From the human T2T-CHM13v2.0 reference genome, Homo sapiens, in assembly GCF_009914755.1 (NCBI RefSeq), contig NC_060943.1: a stretch of 64,000 nucleotides of DNA; one strand, 5' to 3'. Positions 40,284-63,418 of the stretch are shown here, piece after piece. The notes beneath the pieces are model-generated. The model had not been told where the DNA came from and ran no database searches. It worked only from the letters and a program-made list of their open reading frames with translations. Position 1 is the first letter of the stretch, and each line of letters starts with the position of its first letter. Made by a program: the position numbers and the translations under genes.

Positions 40284-41732
40284 GTCATGATTTTTCTCTT
40301 TCTAAAAAATATGTATTTCCCTAGTTAAGTCCCCTGAAAAGGTCTAAATATAATGACACCCCAGTAACACTGAGCAGCACTAGTATACAGACTGTGGTCT
40401 CTATAAGTGCCATTTCTGACTAAGAACTAGGGACTTTTGTGAAAACAGCTGATTCCAGGTCTGGGGCAAGAAATGTGCAAAATGTGTCCAGGATATTTTG
40501 TGCCAGGAAGCAAAGAGTCCTCCAAGACTACTGTGGCCAAGTCAAAGGAACTCAGGAGCCAGTCTGAAGGGCTGTCACTCACCAAAGGTGGGACATGTTG
40601 AGCAGCAAAAAGAACCACAGTGGTTTGAAGCACATCAAATATGCCTGAATGTGTAAGTTCATGTTGATACTCATATACCTCATTGAAATCACCTTTGAAG
40701 AGTACTAGGAACCCACTCATTATTTTGAAAAATTTTTTATATATAAAATAATCCAGCATGTTCTCTATTTTTCTTATATGTGAACAAGTAACCAACTTTT
40801 TTTTTTTTTTTTTTTTTGAGACAGGGTCTTGTGCTGTCACCCAGGCTAGAGTGCAATGGTGAGATTTTGGCTCACTGCAACCTCCGCCTCCTGGGTTCAA
40901 GTGATTCTCGTGCTTCAGCCTCCTGAGTAGCTGGGATTACAGGTGCGCGCCACCATGCCAGGCTAATTTTTGTATTTTTATTAGAGGCGGGGTTTTGCCA
41001 TGTTGGCCAGGCTGGTCTCAAACTTCTGACTTCAGGTAATCTGCCCGCCTCAGCCTCCCAAAGTGCTGGGATTATAGGTGTGAGCCACTGTGCCCAGCCT
41101 AAGTAACCAAATTTCTGATGAAGAGGTTATTTATGGAAGAATCACAACTAATAACTTCAGAGAAAATACTAGAATTCAAAAACCACTATTTGCTATTAAT
41201 TAATCTAGTGATGGATACAGGTAATGATGATCAAGGGCTACTAAAACTATTAGGGGAAAGGTTGATTGGGCTTCTTAAAATAGGTAGACCAGGATGACAC
41301 CACTGATCAATCCTGATGCCAAAGGAAGGCAACCAGACATCTTGTGCTTCTGATGCGATCCAATAGGATACAAGGGATATGATACCATACAATATTATCT
41401 ATGAAGTGTGCTTTTACCAAATTAAACCTAAATCTCATCTAGCCTTAGCTCTCACTACAAGCATATGGGAAAGGGGCAGAAGGCAGTCAGAAACAAGTGA
41501 AACAAAAAGGATGTAATTAGTTAAATTCAAAATGTGTGACACCCTATAGGATAAATGATCCAGTTTCTTCAATAAAGAGAAGGCAAAAGGGGGAATGGAG
41601 AAAGAAAGAAGAAAGGGAGGGAGGGAAGAAGGGAGGAAGGAAGGAAAGAAAGAAAGATGGCAGGCAGGCAGGTATTCATTTGTACTGATTCATACTGCAG
41701 CTTCAAGAAACCAAGGCAGCCAATAAAATTAA

Positions 41733-41963
<231 letters not shown>

Positions 41964-42212
41964 TGATTCACCCGCCTTGGCCTCCCAAAGTGCTGGGATT
42001 ACAGGTGTGAGCCACCTCGCCTGGCCTCTAAGTTTTTCTTGTTGGTAAACATCTGAGCAAGCAAAAATTTAAGTTTTGACAGGAAAAAAAAAAGACAATC
42101 AAATGCAATATTTGGACCTTGTTTTGATCCTGATTCTACTATCGTATAAAGACATTTTTGAGACAAGGAAAACTGAACACGGTCTGGGTGTTAGATGATA
42201 CTAAGAAATTAA

Positions 42213-42530
<318 letters not shown>

Positions 42531-42572
42531 TGAGCCCAGCGTTAATGGTATTTTTTAAAAATAGTTCTTATC

Positions 42573-42640
42573 GGCCGGGCCGAGATCGCGCCACTGCACT
42601 CCAGCCTGGGCGACAGAGCGAGACTCCGTCTCAAAAAAAA
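42573..42640 (+). mobile_element. 68-bp internally deleted young Alu (AluY-like)
   Basis: GGCCGGG joined to CCGAGATCGCGCC...CTCAAAAA; perfect 16-bp TSD AAAAATAGTTCTTATC at 42557-42572 and 42641-42656. Confidence 0.85.
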
Positions 42641-43059
42641 AAAAATAGTTCTTATCTGTTAAGGAGACATAATGGCGCATTTATGACTGAGTTGATGTCT
42701 GGAATTTGCTTTAACATACTCCAGCAAAAAAATATAAAAATAAGAAAAGTATAAGGCCATGCGCAGTGGCTCATGCCTGTAATCCCAGCACTCTGGGAGG
42801 CCGAGGCGAGTGGATCACTTGAGATCAGAAGTTTGCTACCAGCCTGGCCAACATGGTGAAACCCCGCCTCTACTAAAAATACAAAAATTAGCCGGGTGTG
42901 GTAGTACACACCTGTAATCCCAGCTACTAGGGAAGCTGAGGCAGGAGAATCCCTTGAGTCCAGGAGGTGGAGGTTGCAGTGAGCCGAGGTCACACTACTG
43001 CAATCCAGCCTGGGCGACAGAGCGAGACTCCGTCTCAAAAAAAAAAAAAAAAAAAAGAA

Positions 43060-43260
43060 GAAGGTACTTTGTAACATTCTCCCCGCCCTTGAGAATGTAC
43101 TTTATAAGCCTATCCCAAACCTGTAAGAACTAATGATAATCCCACCACCCTTTGCTGACTCCTTTTTCGGACTCAGCCCGCCTGCACCCAGGTGAAATAA
43201 ACAGCCTTGTTGCTCACACAAAGCCTGCTTGGTGGTCTCTTCACACGGACGCGCGTGACA
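43060..43260 (+). mobile_element. 3' half of an HERV-H LTR (LTR7B-like) fused to an upstream Alu
   Basis: ggactcagcccgcctgcacccaggtgaaataaacagcc...cacacggacgcgcgtgaca; the 5' part is missing. Confidence 0.8.
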
Positions 43261-43899
43261 AAGAAGTATAGATCAAGTGAAATCCAGAAGTGTTGAATAT
43301 TGGTAGCGTTTGAGATGTACTTAAGAGTGCGTTATACTATTCCCCTTAATGTGCATGTTTGAAAATACTCAGAATAAAACACTTGTGAGGGCTACGGGAA
43401 AAAAAAAAGGGTCAGCTGTGGCCCAAGAAAGGACAGGGACCAAGCCCACGGACGTGCTCCTCTGAGTTGCACTAGTCTCTGGGCCTTGGCTCCCACCCTG
43501 AACAGCTCTCATCTTTAAATGTCTTCAGCTGTCCTCCTCCAGGAAGCCGGGTCAGGCGCTTCCTCCCGGGCGTCTCCGGTCTTCCTGGAAACCACAGGTC
43601 GGGTGTCAACCTACTCCAGGATAGGGGCCCCGAGGGGCCAGCCAGGCCTCCCAGCCTTGCCCAACCCTGGGGTTGACACGGACTTTAGCGTCTTTTTAAA
43701 CTTCCGGCGCGGGCTCTGCGGTGGCACAGGAGGGTCCTCCAAACTTTCCTGCGATCTCAAAGGTCCAGATTCCACATTGGGGATGGGCCCAACTGACTTT
43801 GCTTCGCTCTCATTAGCCGGTGGTCCTCCAGGAAAGCGGGGCCGCCTCTCCGCTGTGCTCTCATAGGCCCAGGTTCTTGCGTTCGTGTGTCCTTCTCTC

Positions 43900-44108
43900 A
43901 CTCTGATTGGCCTATATTCCCCCTGAGGGTGTGGCCAAATCTCATTGGCTCTCGCGCCCGAATGTATGACGTCATGCGCCAGCGCCCGTCGCTTTTGCTG
44001 GACGTCATCCTCGGGAGCCCACCCGGACGAAGGGGGAGAGTAGACAGCAGAACCAGCGGCGGCGGCTAAGCAGAGACTGTAGTAGCGGCGACAGCGACGA
44101 CGGCAGCG
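43900..44108 (+). promoter_or_regulatory. RBM42 CpG-rich promoter (CCAAT boxes, CRE)
   Basis: ATTGG at about 43906 and 43944; TGACGTCA 43967-43974; GGACGTCA at about 44000. Confidence 0.7.
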
Positions 44109-52508
<8,400 letters not shown>

Positions 52509-52617
52509 GGTCTGTGGCCAGGCACCCGCTCCCACCTGGCCGGGCGCTGGCTCCTCCCTCAGTTCTCTTTGGAAAACCCCCAGCTGTCCACCCATCCCCT
52601 GCCCCAAAACCAGTTTC

Positions 52618-52623
52618 AATAAA
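52618..52623 (+). terminator. RBM42 polyadenylation signal
   Basis: AATAAA about 110 nt after the TAG. Confidence 0.8.
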
Positions 52624-53697
52624 TTTACGTTCATTTCCACCCCTGGCTGGGCATGGAAGCACGCTGTGGGGAGCAGGGCTTGGCTTCCCCACAGCTGGAA
52701 ATGGCGGGGAGCCTTGAGAGTTTACCCAGGCAAACACCCAGGCGGGGGCTTCTGAGCCCTTCCTGCGCACCCATTCCCTCTTCAAACCTCTTCCACACAT
52801 GCTGAGTGCTGCTTATTCCAGAGGAGAAAGGGGGGCCAATGGCAAGGGTGAAGCCAAGCTGAGGCCCATCCCCGTGTCCTGGCTACTTCCTGTGTTCTCA
52901 GCACCAAGGTAGGAGATCTAGGCCCTTCCCTTCTGGAGCTCACAGGCTTCTAGGCCCTCTTCCATCCAGCAGACTCTCACCAAGGGTCTGAACAGTGCTT
53001 GAGGACACAATGGTGACTAAAAGTCCTGGGCCCTGCACCGTTAGAGCTCAAGGTCCAGTGGCAGAAAATAGGCCCGGTGCCCTGACGATAAGAGCCCAGA
53101 GTGGTCAGGGCAGGATGGGGGCGCTGACCTGTGGGTGAGGGGGCCCTTCCTGAAGGAACCGTCCACCCCCAAGTCTCCTCTGGGGCTTTCCAGCTTCTCC
53201 AGTCTGCCATGCCCAGCCAGCTCACCATGCTCTAAGTCTCGGTGGGCACCTCTATCTCTGTCTCTGTGGGTACCCCTCCATTTCTTGTCTCTAAGCTTCT
53301 ATATCCCTGTTGGTCTCTGTTCTCTCCCTTGGAGCTGGGAAATGAAAAAGGAGGAGAGACCCACAGATAGAGAGAACAGAGACTTGGGGTCTGTTCCCCT
53401 CTCTTCCCAGCTCCAAGCTGGCCTCTGCCTGTCTGAAGAGGTGTCTGTGCAGGGCCTTGAATGCCAGGCTGAGGGCTTAAGCTTTACGCAGAAGGCAGCA
53501 GCAAGCCCCAAAAAGCTGAGAAAATTCAAGCAGCAGCAAGGTCCTGGGCAGCACAGATGTGCGCTGTAGAAAGGGCCCTGTGACCGGCTGGGTGCGGTGG
53601 CGCACGCCTGTAATCCCAGCACTTTGGGAGGCAGGCAGATCACTTGAGGTCACGAGTTCGAGACCAGCCTGGCCAACATAGTGAAACCCTGTGCCTA

Positions 53698-54033
<336 letters not shown>

Positions 54034-55484
54034 TTAGGAGGGAGCAGGTTGGGCAGGACTTTGTGGGGCATAAGTCGGGGGATGGACAATACCAAGGCCT
54101 CTCAGGGACCGAGGTCCCCCAGGAGAGGTGTCGAATTTCTCCTGTTCCTGTCTTCCCCGCCTTACTGCCCCCTCTCTGACGTCACATTTTCCAGTCTGGT
54201 CAGAGGGTGAGAGCCTCCCTGGCAGGAAGTGCCCTTTAGCCCCCTGCCACCTGGGCCAGACCACCCAGCCCCAGGATCCTCAAAGCCCCTTCCCCCCATC
54301 ACTAGTCTTTTCTACCCCTGACCCCCCTTGTACTGACAGCAAGCATAGGGTCACGGGAGGAGATGGGAAGAGAGGATGGCTCCAGAAAGGACGCTTCCAA
54401 ATGCATGTGATTCTCACTTCCAAGTGGGAGCAGAACAGCAGGTACACGTGGACATGCAGAGTGGGGTAACAGGCACTGCAGACTCCAAAAGGTGGGAGCG
54501 TGGGGGAAGCTGAACAGTTACCAGTTGGGTACGTTGCTCACCATTCGGGTGCACTAAAGGCCCAGGCCAGTATACTGGATATACTGACATATATCCAGTA
54601 AGGAATCTGCACTTGTACCCCCTAAATGTTTATCTTTTTTTTTAATGCACACAAGTCTTCCTGAGAACAAGAAGAGACACACACACATAGAATGTGGCAA
54701 GCAGAGGTAGAGATGGCGCTGTGAGCAGGAGGCTCAGAGGCAGAGATGAGAACCATCAGAGACTGTGCAGTGGGAAGGGGGACGGGGAGAAAACCAAGAG
54801 ACAGATGGAGTCGGACAAGGAGATGAGATAGGAACACTCAAAGACAGATGGGGAGGGACAGAGATGTCAGAAGAGACCAGGTGACAAAGCCTCACTGGAG
54901 TCAGGCCCGTGGCAACAGAGACCCAGCTTTAGATATGCCAACCTGAAGAAAGAGGGCAGAGAGACATGGAGAGACAGACAAGAGGCCAGCTTCAAGGATG
55001 GGAAGCCAGGACTCCCTTCAGGCCTCCGCGCTGGACGGATAGAGGGACCAGTGATGCTCCAGGGCTCTGTGGCTTACCCCACACTGATTCCAATCCCAGT
55101 CCCACTCCCACTCCATGGGACCCCCGGTTTACTTTACTGTAAAATGGAAGGAGGAGCAATGCCACCCGCTCTCCAGAACGGCAAGTAGTTAATGATCAAG
55201 AGGCTGGGCTGGGGACTGGAAGATGCCGATATGCAAAAGTTATTTTTAATGGTAAATATTACATACTTATTAAAATACAGCAGGATGGCTGGGCACGGTG
55301 GTGGCTCATGCTTCTAATTACAGCACTAAGGCTAAGGCAGGTGGATAGCTTGAGGCCAGGAGTTTGAGACCAGCCTGGCCAACATGGCAAAACCCCATCT
55401 CTACTAAAAATGCAAAAATTAGCCTAGGCATGGTGGCTCACGCCTGTAATCCCAGCACTTTGGGAGACCGAGGCAAGTGGATCA

Positions 55485-55847
<363 letters not shown>

Positions 55848-55894
55848 TTATTTGAGCAAGTTACAGACTTTTTTTTTGTTGTTTCTTTTTTTGA

Positions 55895-56089
<195 letters not shown>

Positions 56090-56639
56090 TGATCTAGAAC
56101 TCCTGACCTCAGATGATCCACCCGCCTCAGCCTCCCAAAGTGCTGGGATTACAGGCGTGAATCACCGCGCCCAACCACAAGTTACAGACATTATAACATT
56201 TCATCTCTGAGTTCATTTTCTAAATGATATCTTTCCTCCTGAATACCATTATCAAATCTAAGAAAAGAATTCTATGATATTTCATATTCAGTTCATACTC
56301 CAGTTTCCCCAATTGTCCTAAACTATTACAGCGCGGAAGGGCATGGGGTCTGGAGAAGGAGAGCAGTGGGAGGATGCCTGCCTTACCTTCCCCCTTCATC
56401 AAATGAGAGTATGTATTGTACTTGCCTCATAGAAGGATTCAATGAAGGGGTATGGCACAGTTGGTTTCACACAATGAGCCCTCATTTAATGTTGGCCGTT
56501 ATTGCTACTATTGTTATTGTTGAAATTGTTGATGTCAATATTGCTATGATTGGCACTCCTGGGAAGCAGCCCCAGGACGCCCTCCCTACTGGGCCTGGTG
56601 GAGGATTGGGTGGGCCTTCACTCCTGCTCCACGCCCCCG

Positions 56640-57129
56640 CAGTTACTCTGCCGATTGTGACGTCAGCTGACGCTGGGGGCGGGTGGGGGAATCTGGCCGG
56701 AAATCCCTCTTCCTGTTGCAGATAAGCCCAGCTTAGCCCAGCTGACCCCAGACCCTCTCCCCTCACTCCCCCCATGTCGCAGGATCGAGACCCTGAGGCA
56801 GACAGCCCGTTCACCAAGCCCCCCGCCCCGCCCCCATCACCCCGTAAACTTCTCCCAGCCTCCGCCCTGCCCTCACCCAGCCCGCTGTTCCCCAAGCCTC
56901 GCTCCAAGCCCACGCCACCCCTGCAGCAGGGCAGCCCCAGAGGCCAGCACCTATCCCCGAGGCTGGGGTCGAGGCTCGGCCCCGCCCCTGCCCCTGCAAC
57001 TTGAGCCTGGCTGCGACCCCTGCTCTGACGTCTCGGAAAATTCCCCCTTGCCCAGGCCCTTGGGGGAGGGGGTGCATGGTATGAAATGGGGCTGAGACCC
57101 CCGGCTGGGGGCAGAGGAACCCGCCAGAG
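56640..57129 (+). promoter_or_regulatory. ETV2: ETV2 proximal promoter and non-coding exon 1
   Basis: CRE TGACGTCA 56658-56665; ETS cores CCGGAAAT 56697-56704 and CTTCCTG 56709-56715; GATA site AGATAAG 56720-56726; GC boxes; CRE-like site at 57026. Donor GAG|gtgagc at 57129 pairs with the acceptor at 57406. Confidence 0.7.
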
Positions 57130-57149
57130 GTGAGCGATGAACTGAGGAC

Positions 57150-57360
57150 TAGATGCCTGGGTGTCTGGGTTAGGAAGGACCTGGGGGACTAGACTCCCAA
57201 GAAGCCGGGGGCCTGGACTCCTGGGTCTAACAGAGGAAGAGAGCTGGGGTCCCTCACTCCCAGGACCAAGATTTTAGGCTCCTGGGGAAGGAGGGAGCGG
57301 AGGCCTGGACTCCTGGCTCTGAGGGAAGCTAGGGCTGGGGCCCAGACTCCAGGGCCTCCA
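57150..57360 (-). repeat. Degenerate MSR1-like (chromosome 19) minisatellite units
   Basis: Recurring gcctggactcctgg(g/c)tct...gagg(g)aag...gctgggg units, reverse-complementary to the MSR1 consensus as recalled. Confidence 0.55.
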
Positions 57361-57433
57361 AGTGTCACCAGCTCACCCATTGCCATCTGGACTTTTCCCG
57401 ACCCAGAACATTCAGAAGGCCTTCATCGCATCC

Positions 57434-59825
57434 ATGGACCTGTGGAACTGGGATGAGGCATCCCCACAGGAAGTGCCTCCAGGGAACAAGCTGGCAGGGC
57501 TTGGTAGGCTGCCGAGGCTGCCACAACGTGTGTGGGGAGGGTGTCCAGGTGGGGCCTCTGCTGACCCTAACCCCTTATCGCCTGCAGAAGGAGCCAAATT
57601 AGGCTTCTGTTTCCCTGATCTGGCACTCCAAGGGGACACGCCGACAGCGACAGCAGAGACATGCTGGAAAGGTGGCTGCGGGCTGGGACCCCTAAGTGCT
57701 GGAGAAGAAGCGGGGAGGCTGGGATCCTAGGGCAAAGGGAGGAGGGGGGCGTGCCTAGGTTCCTGGGACTGGGTGGGGAGGGGCCGCGTGCTTGACCCCT
57801 GAGGGTGAAGGAAAAGGGGGCGCGGGGTGCTGAAATACGGGCTGGGGGGCCATAACTCCCAGTCCCTGACAAGTAGAGACTAGAGAGTGGGTAGTTGAGG
57901 GGTCTCTTTCATTGCTCACAGTCCTCCCTAAACTCAGGTACAAGCTCATCCCTGGCAAGCTTCCCACAGCTGGACTGGGGCTCCGCGTTACTGCACCCAG
58001 AAGTTCCATGGGGGGCGGGTGAGTGTGGGGAGAGGCGGTGGGAGGTGGGGACTGGGTCCCGAGGCACCGGGGCTAGAGGTGTAGACTCCCTGATCTTTGA
58101 GGACTGAGAACACCTGCGCCCTCAAGGTGGCATGACCTGGATCCGGGTCAGCCGGGCCCCAAGTGCCAGGGTTGAGAGCTTAGACCCTAGAGTTTTTGAG
58201 GGGGCACCTGGGCTCCCCTCACTCGGGATCCGTTACTCCTCACAGAGCCCGACTCTCAGGCTCTTCCGTGGTCCGGGGACTGGACAGACATGGCGTGCAC
58301 AGCCTGGGACTCTTGGAGCGGCGCCTCGCAGACCCTGGGCCCCGCCCCTCTCGGCCCGGGCCCCATCCCCGCCGCCGGCTCCGAAGGCGCCGCGGGCCAG
58401 AACTGCGTCCCCGTGGCGGGAGAGGCCACCTCGTGGTCGCGCGCCCAGGCCGCCGGGAGCAACACCAGCTGGGACTGTTCTGTGGGGCCCGACGGCGATA
58501 CCTACTGGGGCAGTGGCCTGGGCGGGGAGCCGCGCACGGACTGTACCATTTCGTGGGGCGGGCCCGCGGGCCCGGACTGTACCACCTCCTGGAACCCGGG
58601 GCTGCATGCGGGTGGCACCACCTCTTTGAAGCGGTACCAGAGCTCAGCTCTCACCGTTTGCTCCGAACCGAGCCCGCAGTCGGACCGTGCCAGTTTGGCT
58701 CGATGCCCCAAAACTAACCACCGAGGTGAGAGGGCCGCAAAGACTGCGGGGAGGGCGAAGCTGGAGTCCTGAGCCGGGACCCAGGCACCTAAGGGGGCGG
58801 GGCCCGGGAGACTGACAGTGAGGGGGCGGGGGCTTAGGGACCAGGGGCTCGAAGGAGGGGCCGGTGGCCCGCACTCCAGGTCCTTGGGGAGGAGAGGGCT
58901 AAGAAACTGGTAGTCTTATAGGGACCAAGGGGATGAGGACCCAGGCTCCTGGATTATATAAAACGAAAGCGATAAAGGCCCAGATTCCTGGGTCTCCGAG
59001 ATGGGGAGGCCAAACTCCTAAATCTCTGAGACTGGGGCCCTGGACGCTTGAGTCTCCAAGGCTGACTGTTGGATCTCAGAGAAGGGGGGGCGGATCCCCT
59101 TCTCGGGTCCTGGGTCCCGAGTTGGGAGGACCCGGACCTCTAGATCATTGAAGTGGTGTGATCTAGGGCCGGGAAGACTGAGTGTGCCCCTCCCTTCATC
59201 CCGCAGGTCCCATTCAGCTGTGGCAGTTCCTCCTGGAGCTGCTCCACGACGGGGCGCGTAGCAGCTGCATCCGTTGGACTGGCAACAGCCGCGAGTTCCA
59301 GCTGTGCGACCCCAAAGAGGTGGGGCAGCTCCCCTGCCCAGCCAAATCCTGCCCCGTCTCTTCTAGTTCAATTTAGCTCCGCCCAAGGGCTAGGTTCAAC
59401 CGCGTAGCCCTCGGCCCCGCCGCTCCCCGGCCCACTCGAGGCCCCGCCCAACCCTTCTCAAACCCAATCTCCCGCCTGTACTCCTGCCTCAACCAACCCA
59501 GTCTCCACCGGGCTCTGCGAGGCCTCGCCCAGGTCTGCACTGCACACCGCCCCCAGGCCCGGCCCTCCCCACTATCGCCAAGCCCCGCCCCTTCCCACTC
59601 CGACCGAGCGGGCCTCTGTCCTAGGTGGCTCGGCTGTGGGGCGAGCGCAAGAGAAAGCCGGGCATGAATTACGAGAAGCTGAGCCGGGGCCTTCGCTACT
59701 ACTATCGCCGCGACATCGTGCGCAAGAGCGGGGGGCGAAAGTACACGTACCGCTTCGGGGGCCGCGTGCCCAGCCTAGCCTATCCGGACTGTGCGGGAGG
59801 CGGACGGGGAGCAGAGACACAATAA
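57434..59825 (+). CDS. ETV2: ETS variant transcription factor 2 (ER71), 6 coding exons, 342 aa
   Basis: Exons: 57434-57503, 57588-57671, 57938-58018, 58246-58725, 59207-59319, 59625-59825; total 1029 nt = 342 aa plus stop. Starts [14 protein letters not shown]; ETS domain [13 protein letters not shown]...[14 protein letters not shown]...YTYRF. Confidence 0.97.
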
Positions 59826-59826
59826 A
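59821..59826 (+). terminator. ETV2 polyadenylation signal overlapping the stop codon
   Basis: CAA TAA A: the AATAAA contains the TAA stop. Confidence 0.75.
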
Positions 59827-59927
59827 AATTCCCGGTCAAACCTCTTCGCGCGTGCTCCTCTGCAGCATTCTTCCCGCTGATACTGACTACAGCAGCTAGG
59901 GAGCCTAAGTGTGCAGCTCCACATGTT

Positions 59928-60225
59928 GGAATTTGGCCTCCCCACCTCGGAGACCCAGGCGTCTGGGCCTTCATCTCTTTCCTCTCACATGATCCAGAGG
60001 CCTGGATCCTTGCTCGCTAAAAGACTGCAGTGTCTTAGTCCTCTTCTCCCTGAAGACCCTGAAGTGCGGGCCACCAGCCCCAAGTCCCTTAAGCTCCCAG
60101 GTCCCTAAGCCCCGCCCCACGCTGTCAGTTTCCCCGGTCCCGCCCCCTTAGGCCCCGCCTCTCGACTCCGCCTTCACTCCCTCCGCAATCTTCGCGGACC
60201 TCCCTCCTCGGTGGTTAGTTTTGGG
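59928..60225 (-). repeat. Inverted, diverged copy of ETV2 58707-59018 (end of the large exon plus start of the next intron)
   Basis: The reverse complement aligns continuously to 58707-59018, e.g. CCCAAAACTAACCACCGAGG is identical over 20 nt; also cctaagggggcggg..actgacag..ggggcgggg(g)cttagggacc and aaggcccaga..cctgggtctccgag.tggggaggccaaa.tcc. Confidence 0.9.
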
Positions 60226-61149
60226 ATGAGGAACCACCCACCTCCAGTGCTGCGCAATGATCAAAGGAGACCCAGACTCAGGGAGCCTGCCATGTGCCCG
60301 CCCTGTGATGAGAGAGGCAAAGAAACTAAACCCAAAGCCCATAGGGCCTACTGTGTCCCTGCCCTGTGTCGGGATTTGTAAAGGAATCAGACCCAATCAT
60401 GAGAGTATATCTGCTGTGTCCCCTTGAAGAGAAGACTCAGACCCTGAAAAGGGCTTACTGTGCTGTGTGTCCTCCCAGTGCAAGGGATCATCAAAGAATT
60501 AAAACTAGTGCTTGCACCCTAACACCACTCACTCTTTCCCCACTCCAAGCTGGAGGACACAGGACTCAGACCTACACTGTAAAGAGAGCCTACGCCATTC
60601 TGAGAGCCACTGAGCCCCTAAAGAGAGCCTGCTGTCTGTGAGCGATGCGGGGGATACAGCAGGGACCAAGACAGCCCTGGACCCTCCCCTTAAGGAGCTC
60701 ACAGTCCAGTGGGAAGACAGACCCATCATCAGAGTGTTTTGACCTGGGATGAGAACACTCCAGGGGACTGAGGGAGGCCAAAAGGAGAGACCTGATCTAG
60801 CCCAGGAGGAGAAGGGTCAGGGGAGACTCCCTGGAGGAGGAGACAGCTGATTTGAGAAGTCAGGTAGGCAAAGAATGTTTCAGGCAGAAGGAACAACAAG
60901 ATCAAAGGCCCAGAGGCAGACGATCTCATACCACTGCTCAAAACTATCAGTGTGGGCCAGGCATAGTGGCTCACACCTGTAATCTCAGCACTTTGGAAGG
61001 CTGAGGCAGGAGGATGCCTTGAGGCCAGGAGTTCCAGACCAGCCTGAGCAACATAGGGGAGACCCCCATCTCTATTTAAAAAATTAAAAATAAACGTGGC
61101 TACAGCAGCAACAGGGACCAATTCATAAAGGATCTGTGGGCCGTGGTGA

Positions 61150-61539
<390 letters not shown>

Positions 61540-61835
61540 TAGGAAGATCTCATTGCAGGGGATGAATACATGCATGTAAACAGGTAATTCCACAAATAAT
61601 CACAATGTTGATGGACACAGAATGTGTAAGAAGAGGTCCCTGACCCAATTCCATCTGGACACTGCACCCCAGATGGTATGTGAGAGGCTTTAGAGGCCAG
61701 ATGGGGGAGGAAGGAAAGCAGTTCTCTTTCATAGCTCCCTCTCCTAGTCCCTAGATGCTTCCTTCATTTCCACAAGAAATTCTTGCATTCAGCAAATATT
61801 TATAGACCACTTCCTGTGTGCCAGGCACTGCTTTA

Positions 61836-62282
<447 letters not shown>

Positions 62283-62746
62283 TCACGCCTGTAATCCCAG
62301 CATTTTGGGAGGCCGAGGTGGGCAGATCACCTGAGGTCAGGAGTTCAAGACCAACCTGACCAACATGGTGAAATCCCATCTCTACCAAAAATACCAAAAT
62401 TAGCCGGGAGTGGTGGCGTGCGCTTGTAATCGCACCTACTCGGGAGGCTGAGGCAGGAGAATCGCTTGAACCGAGTAGACGCAGGTTGCAGTGAGCCAAG
62501 TTCGTGCCACTGCACTCCAGCCTGGGCGACAGAGTGAGACTCCGTCTCTCTCTCTCTATATATATTTTAAGGGTAGGGATTTTTGTGTTTTGTGCAGCGT
62601 GCTTTCTCAACCCGTAAAGTGCCTGATGGCTGGATACGGTGGGTCACGCCGGTAATCCTAACGCTTTGGAAGGCCGAGGCGGGAGGATCGCTTAGAGACC
62701 AGGAGTTCGAGTCCAGCCTGGGTAACACAGCAAGACCCCATCTCTA

Positions 62747-63418
<672 letters not shown>

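Noticed and set aside
58132-58717. Several long overlapping ORFs in the large ETV2 exon
   Set aside because: Very GC-rich, stop-poor sequence; only the ETV2 frame has consistent splice phases.
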